DNA of 64,000 nt from Cyanophora paradoxa CCMP329 (lineage: Eukaryota > Plantae > Glaucophyta). The stretch is from the NCBI GenBank assembly GCA_004431415.1, contig QPMI01000482.1:310001-374000 (forward strand). Reading direction: 5' to 3'. The position numbers and the translations under genes are program-made. Positions within the stretch are counted from its first letter, which is position 1. Every line of letters begins with the position of its first letter. Below the pieces are notes generated by a model that worked only from the letters and a program-made list of their open reading frames with translations, did no database searches and had not been told where the DNA came from. This document shows, piece by piece, positions 47,901 to 60,435 of the stretch.

Positions 47901-48896
47901 ATGGGCGCGTCCGAGTCCAGTGAGCGCCGCCGGTCGAGTGGTTCAGCGTTCCTTGGCGCGGCCACGGGCGGCGCGGCTATCCTTGGCGGTGCGCTGCAGG
48001 CTTGAATCACTCAGTGAACTCAATTCTTAACTGTAATCTTCGCTAGGTCTCGCCTTGCTCATCAGCAAGCTGCTGGACGGCGGCGAAGAGCAGGACCAGC
48101 AGCAGGTGCAGAGACAAAGACAGGAGAGCCTGCGTGAATGGCAGGTACGCCGCGCCTGGGCTGCTCTGCGGTTGCGCCGTGCTGCGGCACTGGTCCCTTT
48201 CGAATTCTCACGCGGAGCTGTCGAGCCGGAGCGCACTCTAGCCCTTGAGGTTAACGTTTGAGGTCTCGATTCTGCCAGGCTGATCACTTGACCCCGCAGT
48301 TTGTGAACAAGGAGGACGGCATGAAAGGCGGCTGCAGCGCATGCAGCGGCTGCGACAAGTGTCCCGCCTCCCCGCGCGCGGAGGCGTCCAAATTTGATGA
48401 CCGGTGCGCCGACCGCAGCCGCCCTTCGCCGTCCCGGCGGCAGCGGCTCAGCCACCGCAGGCTTGTCTGCGCAATCTGCATTGAGTCTTGGATCGGCCGC
48501 TCCCCTGTCGCCCTTGGTGCGAGCCGCCCCGCGCCCCGCGCCCGCCCCGCACCGCTCGGCGCTCCTCGACCCGACCGCGCCGTTGCGCCGGCAGACTGCG
48601 GGCACGTGCTCTGCGCCAAGTGGTGCGCCCGGGTCGATCCCCGAGAGGGCGGCACGGCGGCGCTCACCGGTCCGCGCCCCGCGCAGCCTGGAAACGTACG
48701 AGCAGTACCACGCCTCGCAGGTGCCCCCCCCCCCCCCCCCCCCCTTTCCCCCCCCACTCCCCCCCCCCTTCCCTCCCCGGCGCGGGGCCTATCCGACGGT
48801 CCTCGCTGGCAGCCGGACCCGGACGACGAAGAGCTGGCGTGCCCGAGCTGCCGCACGCCCATCCGCAACCCCCGCAGCCTCCTCGGCATCTCCTGA
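47901..48896 (+). CDS. Small C3HC4 RING E3 ligase with N-myristoylation motif and hydrophobic segment
   Basis: MGASESS; AFLGAATGGAAILG|GLALLI; CAIC...DCGHVLCAKC...CPSCRTPI. Confidence 0.8.
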
Positions 48897-50479
48897 GCAC
48901 GCGCACCACCCGGCGTCGACGACCCTTCAACGCTTCCCGCCGAGCCTCTTAGGCTTGCCTCGCCCCCCGCCCGCCCACGGGCACCCCGGGGCCGGGCCCC
49001 CCGCCGCACCCCTTCCGTGCTTCCACCTTTCCTTCTCTAGATCTCCGCGAGCTCCCCGTAGGGCTCCCGCCCGCTGGCGGCAGCGCGCGGACGCGACGCG
49101 GCTAGTCTAGTTGCCTGCTTTCGAATATAATTAATCATGCCATGCTGAGCGCGAGCCGCAGTTGCGGCGCAGTGGCGCCGCGGCGATTCTCATCAGGCTG
49201 ATATGTCGCCCTCGCGCTCGCGCTCGGCGCGCCGCGCGCGGCGTCGGCGGCTCTAGCTCTGATGAGGCGCGCGATCGAGCTCGGGGCGCGCTGCGCATGC
49301 GCTGATCATGACTCAGTGAGCCGCGGCCGCGGCCATCGATATCAGCCGATCGATCGCGATTCGCGACAAGTTGACAGTGAGCGACAGATTCGCCGACATG
49401 TACAACAGCAACCCGCGGCCGGCGGGCCCAGCGCCGGCGCCGGCCCGGCCCGGGCCGCCCGGTGTGTCGGCCCGGCGGCGGGGCCTGCGCTGCGCATGCG
49501 CGCGCGCGGCGCGCGCGACGCGCGTGCGCACGTACGTATACGTATACGCGTCTGGCCTAGTTGCGGCCGCCGGGCGCTAGCGCTAGCTCAAGGGTTCGGT
49601 TCCTGCTGTTTCCGCTACGTTGTACTTCGAATCCCTGTGATTCCCGATACCGTGACTTGTATCCTCGTTGTGTACTACGAGTGGGCACGCCCACCGTAGA
49701 TCTTTAAAAAAAAAATAGCTCAAGTGCGCATGCTGCGCTTTTTTATCCCAATATTTCCGATGATAATATATGTAACGTACTGATACTAGATTCAATTAAA
49801 CATATGATATCCAAACATATAATTTATATTATATCACGTCCTGCATGCATGCATGCATATACATCAATATATATCCAAGTAAATTTATTGGAACAATTAG
49901 ACGTTTAACTGTACCCGTATGGCCAAGGCCTTAGCGGCGCAAGTTAGCGCCAAGCCGGCGAGGACGCGTACGGTAGCACTGCTGCTGGGTCGACTTCGCA
50001 GCTCGCAGATCGCTCGCAGCTGAGTGCGTGCGCGAGTAGCACAATCCTGGCTGCGCGAATACGCGAGTTAGACGGTCTGCCAAGAATCAGAATCGATTTC
50101 GCTCTGCCGGCCCGACAGTCGGGGGGCTCGGCTCGACGCGACGACCCCGCAATCCGGCGGCGCGTGCACGCCTTGATTGCCGGGCAGCCTGCATCTTTGT
50201 AGTTGCGGCTTGTCCGCGCGTGGCCGCCTCAGCCGTTACGGGACAGAGCGTCCGGCGGCAGTTAGCCGCGCCCCGCTCCAACGGCTTCGGCTTTCGTCTT
50301 TCGTCGAGTGCGATTGATCTCGCAGCCCGTCGGCTCGCCCGCCCGCCCGGCAGCGATCTCGCCGGCAGCAGCGCGCGGCCGGTGACCCGGCGGGATGCTC
50401 CTCGCGAGCTGCGCCACGCAGAGGCCGTAACCCGATCGCCGGGCGCGGGAGGCGTCTCCCGATCGCCGCCGCCGGCGCC

Positions 50480-53400
50480 ATGTCCGCCTTCGCGGCGGAG
50501 GTCGAGGAGGTGCGCCCTGCTCGGACCCTCGAGCGCGCCCCCCGGCGCTCACGCCGGCCCCCGCGGGCGCCTCCAGGTGTTCAACACCGTCCTCTACGAG
50601 TCGATCGAGTCGACGGGGTGGCGGCCCTGCCTCTCCCACGGCGCAATCACCGTCGAAGTCAGGCGCGCCGCCCCGGCCCCCGCCCGCACCCCGCACCCCG
50701 GCCCCGCCCCCGGGCCGCGCCTGACACGCCTCGCCCCCGCGCGCCGGCAGGGACCTCCCCGACAGCAACACGCTCTTCCGCGTGGTGATCGAGTACCCCG
50801 ACATCCCGGCCGAGTTCGCCGCCCGCTGCCTCCTCTCCAGAAACCGCGGCGTGGTCCGCCCTTTCCCCGCCCTACCCCCCACCCCCCCCCCGCCCCCGTT
50901 CGCCCCGCCGACGCGCACCCCGCAGGAATACAACGAGGCAGACACCCCCCGCCCCTGAATCCTGTACCCCCCGCTCATCCCCCCGGGCAGTTCGTGAAGA
51001 GCGAGGAGATGACCGAAGAGCTGCCCGAGCTCTCGTGCGAGGACCCCGCCGCCCCCGACGGCATCGGCCGCGCCGCCATCTACGAGCAGTTCAGCTCCTA
51101 CTTCGGTCTGCGTACCCCCTTCCGCCTCCCCCCCCCTTACTTTCGCCGCAGGCATCGCCGTGGAGACGACGCTGCTCTACGCGACGCGCAGGCGAGGCTG
51201 CAGCGCCCGCGACCCCTCGCGCCCCTCGTGATGGCGGGGGCGCAGGCTGCCGGGCCCCCTCGGGGTCCTCGGCATCAAGGTCCCCGCCCAGCGCTCCGAG
51301 GACGGCCACTGGTGCGCCCCCGGGGCCCGAGGCCGCGGGCCGGGGGTACGTCAGGGGGCCTCGCTCAGCCACGGCCTGCCCCGCAGGAGGCTGGCGCACT
51401 TCCAGGCGCGGGTGAAGACGCTCTCGGGAATGCACGTCGCGCCGATGCCGGTCAGCGGCTGCCGGTGCGTGGAGGGGGGCGGGGAGGGGGTGCCGCGGGG
51501 GGCTGGAGCGGGGGCGGGCGGGGGCAGGGTGGCGGCGGTGCACTTGTCGCGGGGCTGGCTCTTCGAGTTCATGCCCCGCTACCTCAACCTCCAGGTCGTC
51601 TCCCGCATCTTCGGCAAGAACCAGGTCCACATGGCCAGGGTGCGCCCCCCCCCCCCCTCTTCCCCCCCCCCCCCCCCTCTTCCCCGCCCCGGGCGACCCC
51701 CTTATACCTCCTCAGCTCCTCCTGAGCGAGTACGCGGCTGAGGGCGGCTCGGCCCCCGCCGGCGGCTTCTCGCCCCCGTACCCCCGCTTCCGGGACTCGA
51801 TCTTCGCCTCGGGGTCCTGCGGCATACCCCCCCACCTCTCGGCCGCCCGGCGGGCCTCGGCGGACGCCGGCCTGGGGCCCGACGGGGAGGGGGACGGGCC
51901 CCCCGCGCCCACGCCCCCCTCCATCTTGGTGTCGTACGGGAGCCCCTTGTCCCCCGGGCCGGAGGCGGGGGCGGAGGCGGGGCAGGCGGCGCCCCCGCCG
52001 GCGGCCTCCACGGAGGAGCTCTTCTTCGACCTCGTCGGGGTGCAGGCCCCGGGCCCCCAGACCTCCCGCGACACCTGGGGCCCCCAGCAGCCCCTCGACG
52101 CCTCCCCTCCCTCCACCTCGGTGCCCCGCCCCGCGCACCCCCCCTCCCGCCCCCCCTCACGCCTCGTGGGGCCCGCAGGGGAGCGGCGAGAGCTCCGCTG
52201 ACTCGCCGGCGACGTCGGCGGCCGCCGCCGCGCCCAAGCCCATCCAGGTTCGACCCCGCCCGGCGCCCTTTTCTTCGAGTTCGGGCCCCGATGGGAGCCG
52301 AACCGGCCCCTCCCAGGTCATCCGCGACGACATCGGCGTCACGAGCGAGCCGAGCGTCATGTCCCGGGTATTCCTCCCCACCCCCCTATCCTCTCCCCCC
52401 CCCCCTCCGCCGCGTACCCCGGCGTGGCTGACGGGTGGCGGGGAGTACGGGGAGGCGATGCGGGTCTCGCTGGAGATCGCGCTGCGGCTGGAGAGCATGT
52501 CCCTCCACGAGCCACCCCGCCCACCCTCCTCCTCCGCCCCGCCCTCGCCCTCCACCCGCGGGCCCGCCACCCCCGTCGCCTCGTGGGACGCCCCTCCCCC
52601 GCCCTACCTGCCCCCGCCCCCCAGCGCCGAGCGCGCCGCCTCGCCCGGCGGGGAGGCGCCCAAGCGCAAGCCGGGCGAGGGCGGCGCCGAGCTCGCAGAC
52701 CGCAGGCTGCACCCTCCGCCGCGGCCCTCCGCCCCCCCGCCCGGCGCGCCCCCGCCGAGGCGCCTGCAGCCGCTCGCGGCGCAGCCCGGCGGGGCGGCCC
52801 CCGCCCACCTGGAGGCTGCGGCGAGCGCGGCGGCCAGCGCGGCGCCCCAGAGACCCCAGCGGAGGCGAAAGAAGCCGGTACCCGGCGCCGCAGAGGCCCC
52901 CGCCCCGAACGGGTCCCCTCCCCCTCGCCTCTACTCCTCTCCTTTCTCTCACTTCCTTTGCTGACGCCCCCGCCCCCTTCCCCCTCCCCCCTCCCCCCTC
53001 CCCCCTCCTCCTTCCGGTTCCACTTTTAGATTCATTCAGTTCTGCCGGTCGAAAAAAGACGGCGTGCTGCTCGAAAACCCGAAGTGCGCTGTACCCCCGC
53101 CGCATCCCCTCCTCCCCCGCCCAACCCGCCGTACCCCCCGCGCGCAGCATCACGTCGCGGGAGATGGCCTCCATCCTGGGGGGTCCGCCCCGCCCCCCTC
53201 CCGGACCGGGGCCGCCGATCCTGTAACCCCCGGACTCACCGCCCCGCCCGGCGCAGAGATGTGGCGGAGGACGCCACACGCGGAGCGGGCCGGGTACCAG
53301 CAGGTCGGCCGGCGCCGGCGCCCCCCCTCCCCTCCTCCCCCGCCCCTCCCCCTCCATCTCCCCCCGCCGACGGGGCGCCTCAGGTGGCGCGGGAGGCGCG

Positions 53401-53866
53401 GGCGAGGGAGCTCGCCGCCGGGCCCAAGCCGGTGCGCGCGCCCCGGCGGCTGCCCCCCACGCCCCCGCGAGCCGCGAGCGCCGGCGGGGCGCAGCGGAAG
53501 GCGCGGAAGGCGCGGAAGAAGAAGGAGGCGGGGGAGGCGCCCCGCGGGAGGGCGGCCCCCGCGGTGCGCGTCAAGCCCGAGCCCTCGGGCCTCTCCGAGG
53601 AGGACGAGGCGGAGGAGGAGGAGGAGCTCGACAGCGACGCCCCGACCCCCGGCCCCTCGGGGGGGTACGGCCCCGCCAGCGCCCTCCTCTACAACTTCCC
53701 CCAGCTCCAGGCCCCTCCCTGGATCCACGTCACCGGCCCAGGCCGGCAGGGGCCCGTGTACCCGGGCGGCGCGAATCCCCGGCTCCCCGCCGAGCATGCC
53801 CTTGGCGATGTTCCCTCGGGGGCGTCGACGCACGCCGCGCCCGGCCCGCCGCGGCGGCCCGTCTGA
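50480..53866 (+). CDS. START-like domain + HMG-box protein (putative transcription factor)
   Basis: N-terminal START/SRPBCC-like region (GWRPC..LFRVVIEY..RGV|EYNE|FVKS..SGMHVAP..RGWLFEFMP), in-frame Pro/Ser linker, then APNG|FIQFCRSKKDGVLLENPN|ITSREMASILG|EMWRRTPHAERAGYQQ|VAREARARE. Confidence 0.75.
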
Positions 53867-55045
53867 GCTCACGTCCTCGTTTCTTTCGACGCTGCTTGTT
53901 TCACCTCGTCTAGTGCTCGAGCCGTGCGCACTGGCGCCGGGGTTCGAGGTCCCTCCGATCGAGCGACGGCCGGGCGGCCGACCGCGCGCCCCGTTTACGA
54001 CATAAGAGTTTCCATCCCACCGCCCTCCGAGGCTCCCCCGTCAAGTCGCCTTCTTCCGGCCCCTGAAGTGCTTAAGAACTTCTACATCCGCCCTATGTAT
54101 TCGGTTCACCGCCTGGATCAGGCTGCTCGCGCGCCGCTTCGTTTTTCTTAGTCTAGTGTACTAGGATTATTATACATAATTAGCTACTATCGATAACAAG
54201 CTACGTTTACAATCGACGGGAATATTTCGGCTTTGTGGTGGTCAATATGACAGTCGACGTCGACGTCGACGTCAATGCCATGTAATGCCGGGGGGAGTTC
54301 CAAATACTAGTCACTGAGTATTAGTTCAAATTCCGATCATCAGAATTCCAAGTTTGACTCGGCGGGAAACAAGCCGCGGCGCCGTGTACATGTTCATGAA
54401 AATTCATTGCCGACATCATCATGAGCACGCAATGCCGCCGTGTTCCGATTCGACTTGGCTATCCGATCAACATGTACATGTGATCATCTTCGAAATTCCG
54501 AGCTCGAATTCCAATTTCGAATCCGGCGGCCGATCATCCGAATTCGACTCGGCGGGAAACAAGTACTGTGATATTTGTGAAAAAGACTGCTACGTAAATA
54601 CGCTGCTGTGCACGTGACGGTATGAAATTGGCTGGACTGAAGCAACTTGCAGGAACTACCTGATTCATAGCCTAGTAGCTAACATTAACTCTTAAACTCT
54701 CAGGAAGTATTTTCGAACTCAAGTTCTAAAGGTTCTACATGTATGTAAATGTGCACGAAACGGCTGCGAAATGACGACTGTCGGGGGACACGTGCCTTCA
54801 AGGCTTGGCGGCAGTAAAGACTACTGAAACCAAATCTGAATCTTACTACACAGGCATATATAAAGCTAAATCTACTTGTACAAATCTAGGAGCTAGCATG
54901 CGCAATTTAGCAAGTTCGAAAGGGCCCCCTGAAATAACTTGGTTACCAAGGATCTCATTTGATCAGCAGTCAGGCAGGGCGAGCCAACCGAAAAAATGCA
55001 GCGTTGAGGAAACCTTGAAACCAAGCTAAAGACAATCTTAATTGT

Positions 55046-58000
55046 TTAAGCTCTATAGGTGTATGCACAGTCCGCAGAGACGAAATGGAGAAGTGCTTCC
55101 TCGCGGGTCGGGGCGCAGGGGCGCTCACTGCCAGGCCTGGCTGCGGCGCGCGTGCCACGAGACGGAGGTGCGGGCGGGGCGGGCCGCGGCGGGGGCGTCG
55201 GGGGCGAGGAGGGCGAGGGCGGGGCGGAGGGCGGGGGTGAGGAGCGGGGCGAGGGGCCGGAGGAGCGCTGGGCGGAGGCGGGGCAGGGGGCGCGGCTCAT
55301 GCCGCTCCCCTGGCGGGCGATCAGCGAGGCCACGCTGCTCTCCGCCTCCCGCTGCCCCGCCGGGCCGAGGCCCGCGCCGCCTGGGCGCGGGGGACGGCCG
55401 AGGGCGAGAGGGAGAGGGCGCGCGCCGAGGCCTGCGGGGCGGCCAGCGAGGAGGCGCCCGAGGCCGAGCGCTGCGAGGCCGGCGACGGGCTCCGCGTCGC
55501 CCGCCGCAGCGAGCGCGTCGAGAATGCCGGCACGGGCCCGTGCGGCCCGCCGGGGGCGCCGCAGAGAGGCGCACGGCGGGGCCGGGCGCCCCGCGCCCCG
55601 ACACGAGCGGCGAGCCCGTCGCCGGGCGCGCGGCGTGCCCCTCGATGTGCGTGCCCCGGACGGCGAGCGGGGACACGGAGGAGCCGCACTTGGGGGTGGA
55701 GGAGCCCGAGGCGCCCCCGAGCGGCGCGCCGCCGCGAGGAGGGCGGGGGGGCCGAGGGCGAGGGCGGCCGCACGATGGGCGGCAGGGCCGGCGAGTGCGG
55801 CGAGAGGGGCCGCCGGGCCGGGTGCCCGTGGGCGGGCCCCTCAGGGAGAGGCTCTCGTGCCCGCCCTCGGCGGCCCTGAGCGCCGGGGCGGGGCCCGGGG
55901 GCGGGGCCTCCCCTCCTCCTCCTCCCCCTCGACGTCCTCGACCAGCGGCTCGGGCTCCCGCCGGCGCGCCGAGGGCGGGCCCCCGCCCTCGCCCCCGGGC
56001 CCGCCGGCGCCCCCGACGGCGGCGGGGGCAGGGCGAGGCCCGGCATCGACTCCGGGGGCGAGAGGGGCGTGGCGCTCCCGCTCCCGCTGCTGCTCCCCTC
56101 CCCCGCCCCGGCCCCCGCGACGGCCCCGGGCGAGGGGCGCTCCTCGCGGGGGCGCCCCTCGCGGAGGGCGGCGAGGGGGGAGAGGGCGAGGGAGGGGGCG
56201 GCGGGGGAGAGGGGGTCGAGGGCCGGGGAGAGGCCGGCGGCGCCCATGAGCCCCGCCAGGCCCGAGCCGGCCAGCCGCGACACGTCCACCTGCCCGCCCC
56301 CGGCCCCTCCGCCTCAGCCGCCCCGCCCCGAGGCCGCCTCGCCGACGATCGTTTGGGCGCCGAGTGCTCTAAACTCGGCTGCGCTGCTATGCAGGGCGTG
56401 CGGAGGGGGCGGGGGCGGGGCGCCAGGGGGGCGCGGGGGCGGCACCTCGACGGTGACGGTGGGGCGCTCCGGCGCGTCGCTCCCGGCGCTCGCGCGGCGC
56501 GAGGCCGAGCGCGCCAGCCCCGCCGCCGCCTTCTCCGCCGCCTTGTCCGCCTCCAGCAGCGCGAACGCCGCCGCCAGCGACGACGCCAGGTTGTTCGGCC
56601 CTGCCCGCCCCAGCCGCAGCCCGGTCAGCAGCCGAGAGGCGAACGACTCCAGCGGCTACTCGACGGTGCAGAATACAGTGCATTCTGCTCTAGAAGAGGA
56701 GCAAAGGTCGGAGTCACGCTGAATGGGAGCCCCTCCCGCGCCTCTGGAGGCCTGGGCCTCTGGCGCGCGGGCGGGCGGATGGGCGCACCGTTGCGGAAGG
56801 AAACGGAGCGGGAGGCGGCCCGAGAGGCGGCCCCCGAGCCCGAGCCCGAGCCCGGCTCCTTCAGGATGCTGCGCCCGCCAGGCGGCCCCTCAGCCCCGCG
56901 CGCCACGCCCACGGCCCCCGGCCCCGTGTGCTGCTACGCCTAGACCAATGCGGCCGCGCGGCGCGCGCAGCGGTCGCCTCGGGTGCTGGGCGGGGGCGGG
57001 CGGGGGCACCTGCGGCGGCGGGAGCCGAAGCCAGCCGGCTCGGGCTCCGTCTTGGGGCTCTCCCCGCCGCAGGCTCCCCCGCCACGCCCTCCCCGCCTCC
57101 TCCCCGTACAGCTCCCGCCCCGCCGCCTGCGTGCCGCCCCCGCGTCAGCCCCGCCGGCCGGCCCGCGCCCCCGCAGCGGCCTCTCCACGCGACGGGGGAG
57201 CCGGCGCGCACCACGGCGGCCGCGATGTTCGTCGCCCGCCGCATCGACTGCGACCGCCCGCCCGCTGCCCCTGCCCCGCCCCGCGGTCGGCGGGAGGGCG
57301 TCGGGGCGGGGCGGCACGAGCGGGCGGACCGCTGTCGGCGGAGCGGCGCATGGAGAGCGAGCGGGGAGCCCGGCGCCGACTGCAGAGGGGCGTGAGGGGG
57401 CGAGGGGAGCGCGGGTATGCGAGGGCGCAAGGAGCAGAGGGCGGGGCGCACGGGCGGCGATGGCGGCGACGGTCTCGAGGGCCGACGCGGAGGAGGGGGC
57501 GAGGCTCGAGACGCCGCCCTCGGCCCCCGCCTCCTCTGCGCGCCAGGGTCGGGGCGGGGAGGGGCGGGGCGGGGCGCGGGGGCTGGGGCGGGCGGGCGCA
57601 CGGCTCGGGGTGCGGACGGAGAAGGTGGCGCGCATGCGGATCGAGCCCATGCGGGGCGCCCGCGCCCGCGACGACGCCGGCGCCGCCGGCCCGTCCGACG
57701 ACCCCTCGTCCCCCGTCACCGCACCGCTGCGCGCCCCGCCGCTGAGAGGGGGCGCAGGGGGGAGCGGGGGGTGCGGGCGGGGGGCTCGCCTGCGGGAGGT
57801 GTCGGGGCCGGTGTAGACGGACTCGCGGTCCGTGTCCTCCGCGCCGGAGAGGCCGCTGAGGCTCCCTAGCCGCGACGCCCGCCGCGCGAAGCTCGACGGC
57901 CTGCACCGCGCCCCGCGCCCCCTTCAGGCACGACAGACGCGGCCCGACAGGAGAGACAGGGGCTGGAAGCAGGCGGAGGTGGGCGGGGCCGGGCTCGGGG

Positions 58001-60435
58001 CCCCGGGGCTCGGGGCGGGGCGGGGCGGACCGGGCGGAGGTCTTCCAGCGCTGGCCGAGGAGGCGGCCGTAGAGGCCCTCCGAGATCGCCGGGATGTGAG
58101 CCACCTTGCTCTCTGCCCCGCCCCGCCCCCAGCTCCCGTCGGGGGGCGGCGGGGCGGGGAAACGCGGGGCCGCGCACGCTGCTCGGCGTCCGACCTGCCG
58201 AAGCCGGCGCCGCCCCGCCGCGGGTCCCGCGCTGCGCCGGCCCGCTCGAGGGCGGCGAGGGGGCGGCAGGGCGGGCGGGGGCACCCTGGAGGAGGCTGTG
58301 GAAGAGGCTCCAGCCGCCCGCCGCGTCCTTGGGCGGCGGCGAGCGGCCCTTCTCGTCGCTCCCGCGCCCCGTCGCCGCCCCGTCGCCCCGCGGCTCGCCG
58401 CCGTCCCGGGCCTGCCCCGCCCTCCTCGCTCCTGGCGCCGTCGCCCCAGCCCTCCAGCCCGCCGCCGCCGCCGGGGTAGGGGACGGGGAGAGCCCCTCGG
58501 CGTCGGACTGGCCGCCGGTGGTGTACCCCCCGTCCTCGGGCTCGGTGAGGGAGGCGCGGTGGAGGGCGCCGGGGCGGGGGCGGCGGAGGGCGGGGTCCTT
58601 GAGGAGGGCGACGGCCGCCTCCTCGGCGTCGAGCAGGCCCCGCCGCGCCCGCTCCGCCGCGCTCGCGCTCGCGTACCCCCCCTCCCCCTCCCCGTCCGAC
58701 GCCGCGGCGGCGGCGACGGCCCTGAACGAGTCGGAGCGCAGGCTCGACTGCCGCCGGTTCCGGAACGACTGCGGGGGAGGGCGCGCGCGTCAGGTGCGCC
58801 CCGGGGCGGGGCTCGGGCGGGGGCGTCGGGTGTCGGACGCGGGAGCGGAGGACGGCCTCGCGGGAGCGCTTGGAGATGCTCGTCTTCTGCTTGCGGAGGC
58901 GCGCCAGCTCCACCTCCGCGATGCACTCCCCCGCCCGCACCTCTGCGCCCCCGCCCGCCCCGCCTCAGCGGCGGCGACGAGGGGCGGCGGGGGCGGGGGC
59001 GGGGGCGGGCCGTCGGGGGACTTGAGGGTGAAGCGACCGCGGGGCTCGTCCCAGCGCATGATGCAGTTGAAGAGGATCTCCAGGAACTCCACCTGCGCCC
59101 CGGCCCCCGCCCCCGCTCGCGCCACGCCCACCCTGGCGCCGGCTCCACCCGCAGGCGGCGCCCCGGCTCGCGCACCATCTCCCCCTCGTCGATGTTCTCC
59201 GTCCTGCGCGGTCCCGTGGCGGTCAGACCCGAGACGGCCCACGGTGAGCGGCGCAATGCAGGGTCTGGCGATTACCAGGTATCCTGCGCGCCGCAAGGGG
59301 CCGGTCAGGGCGACCCGGGGCGGGGTACTCGGGGCCCGGGGGGGGGGGGGGGGGGGGGACAGCCGCTGCGCACGGCGAGCTGGAAGAGGGAGAGGAGGAA
59401 GGTCTCGCAGTTGATGAAGTTCTTCTCCCGCCGGTCGCTGTGCCTGCGCCCCTCCCGCCTCACGCCCCGCGCTGCGTGCCGGCCGGGCCGAGCGAGCGGG
59501 GAGTAGAGGGCACCAGTCGACGGTGCAGGCGGCCCTCGCCTTGGACTCGTCCCACGCGTTGTTCAGCACCTTGTACAGCAGCCTGCGCCCCCGCCCCGCC
59601 CGCCCCCCGTCAGGCCCCGGAGGGCCAGGCGCGGCGGAGGTGGCGGCGGGGGCGGACATGGCGTAGGGCATGAACTCGTGCTCCTCGAGGGTGTTGCTGT
59701 TGTCGAGGTCGATCGAGCGCCAGAAGAGCACGCTCCATCTGCCGGGGCGAGGGCGCGGGCGGCGGGGGTGAGGCGTCTGGCGGCCCCGCAGCTGCCGCCG
59801 CTACCGGACGCACATGGCGACGCGCGGCGAGAAGCGCAGCGCCTCACGCCGCAGGAGCGCCTGGCGAGCGGCTGCACGTCAGAGCGCGCAGAGCCGGCGG
59901 GGCGGGGCGGGGCGGGGCGGGGCGGGCGGGGCGGGGCGGGGCGGGGCCGGCGGGGGCGCGCCTTGTCCGTGAAGAGCTCCGCGGCTGCGCCCTCGTCCGC
60001 CTTGTAGAAGGCCCGCAGCTGGGCCAGAAGCGTGGGCGGCGGCAGAGTTCGCAGCTCTCCCATCCCGATCGTCGCCCGCCGCCGCCGCCGTTCCCGCCGC
60101 TCCGCCGCGTTCATAAGCGCGAGGGTGACGCTCTCGCCCAGGCCCGCGGCCGCGGATCGGGCACTGCTCCGGCCCGCCCAGCTGTTCGCGCGCTTGCGGC
60201 CGCTTGCGAGGATCCGGAGCGCGGGAGGCGGGGATTCCGACCGCGCCTCGCACGCCTCGGCGGGATCGGCGGCGTCATCGGCGGCGGCCGCCTCGGGGGC
60301 TTCGGATGCGGCCGACGTCTCGGGCTCCAGCGCGGCCTCGAGGACTTCAAGGCTCGTGGGGAGCTCGGCGACCGCGAGCTTTGCGTCCATTCCGGGCATC
60401 TTCCCGTCCATGGCTGCAGGCTCCAAGGGTGGCAT
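55046..60435 (-). CDS. EF-hand-containing protein with long disordered C-terminus; internal structure partly uncertain
   Basis: EF loop DLDNSNTLEEHE; FLLSLFQLA|DTW|TENIDEGEM|VEFLEILFNCI; long Pro/Ser/Ala-rich exons ending ADCAYTYRA*. Confidence 0.6.

Noticed and set aside
54356-54563. 18-bp direct repeat GACTCGGCGGGAAACAAG, 190 bp apart
   Set aside because: No poly(A), TIR or LTR features between the copies; probably a decayed repeat.
55042-59506. Very long plus-strand ORFs (e.g. 633 aa, 466 aa)
   Set aside because: Antisense shadows of the minus-strand gene in very GC-rich DNA; splice signals support the minus strand.
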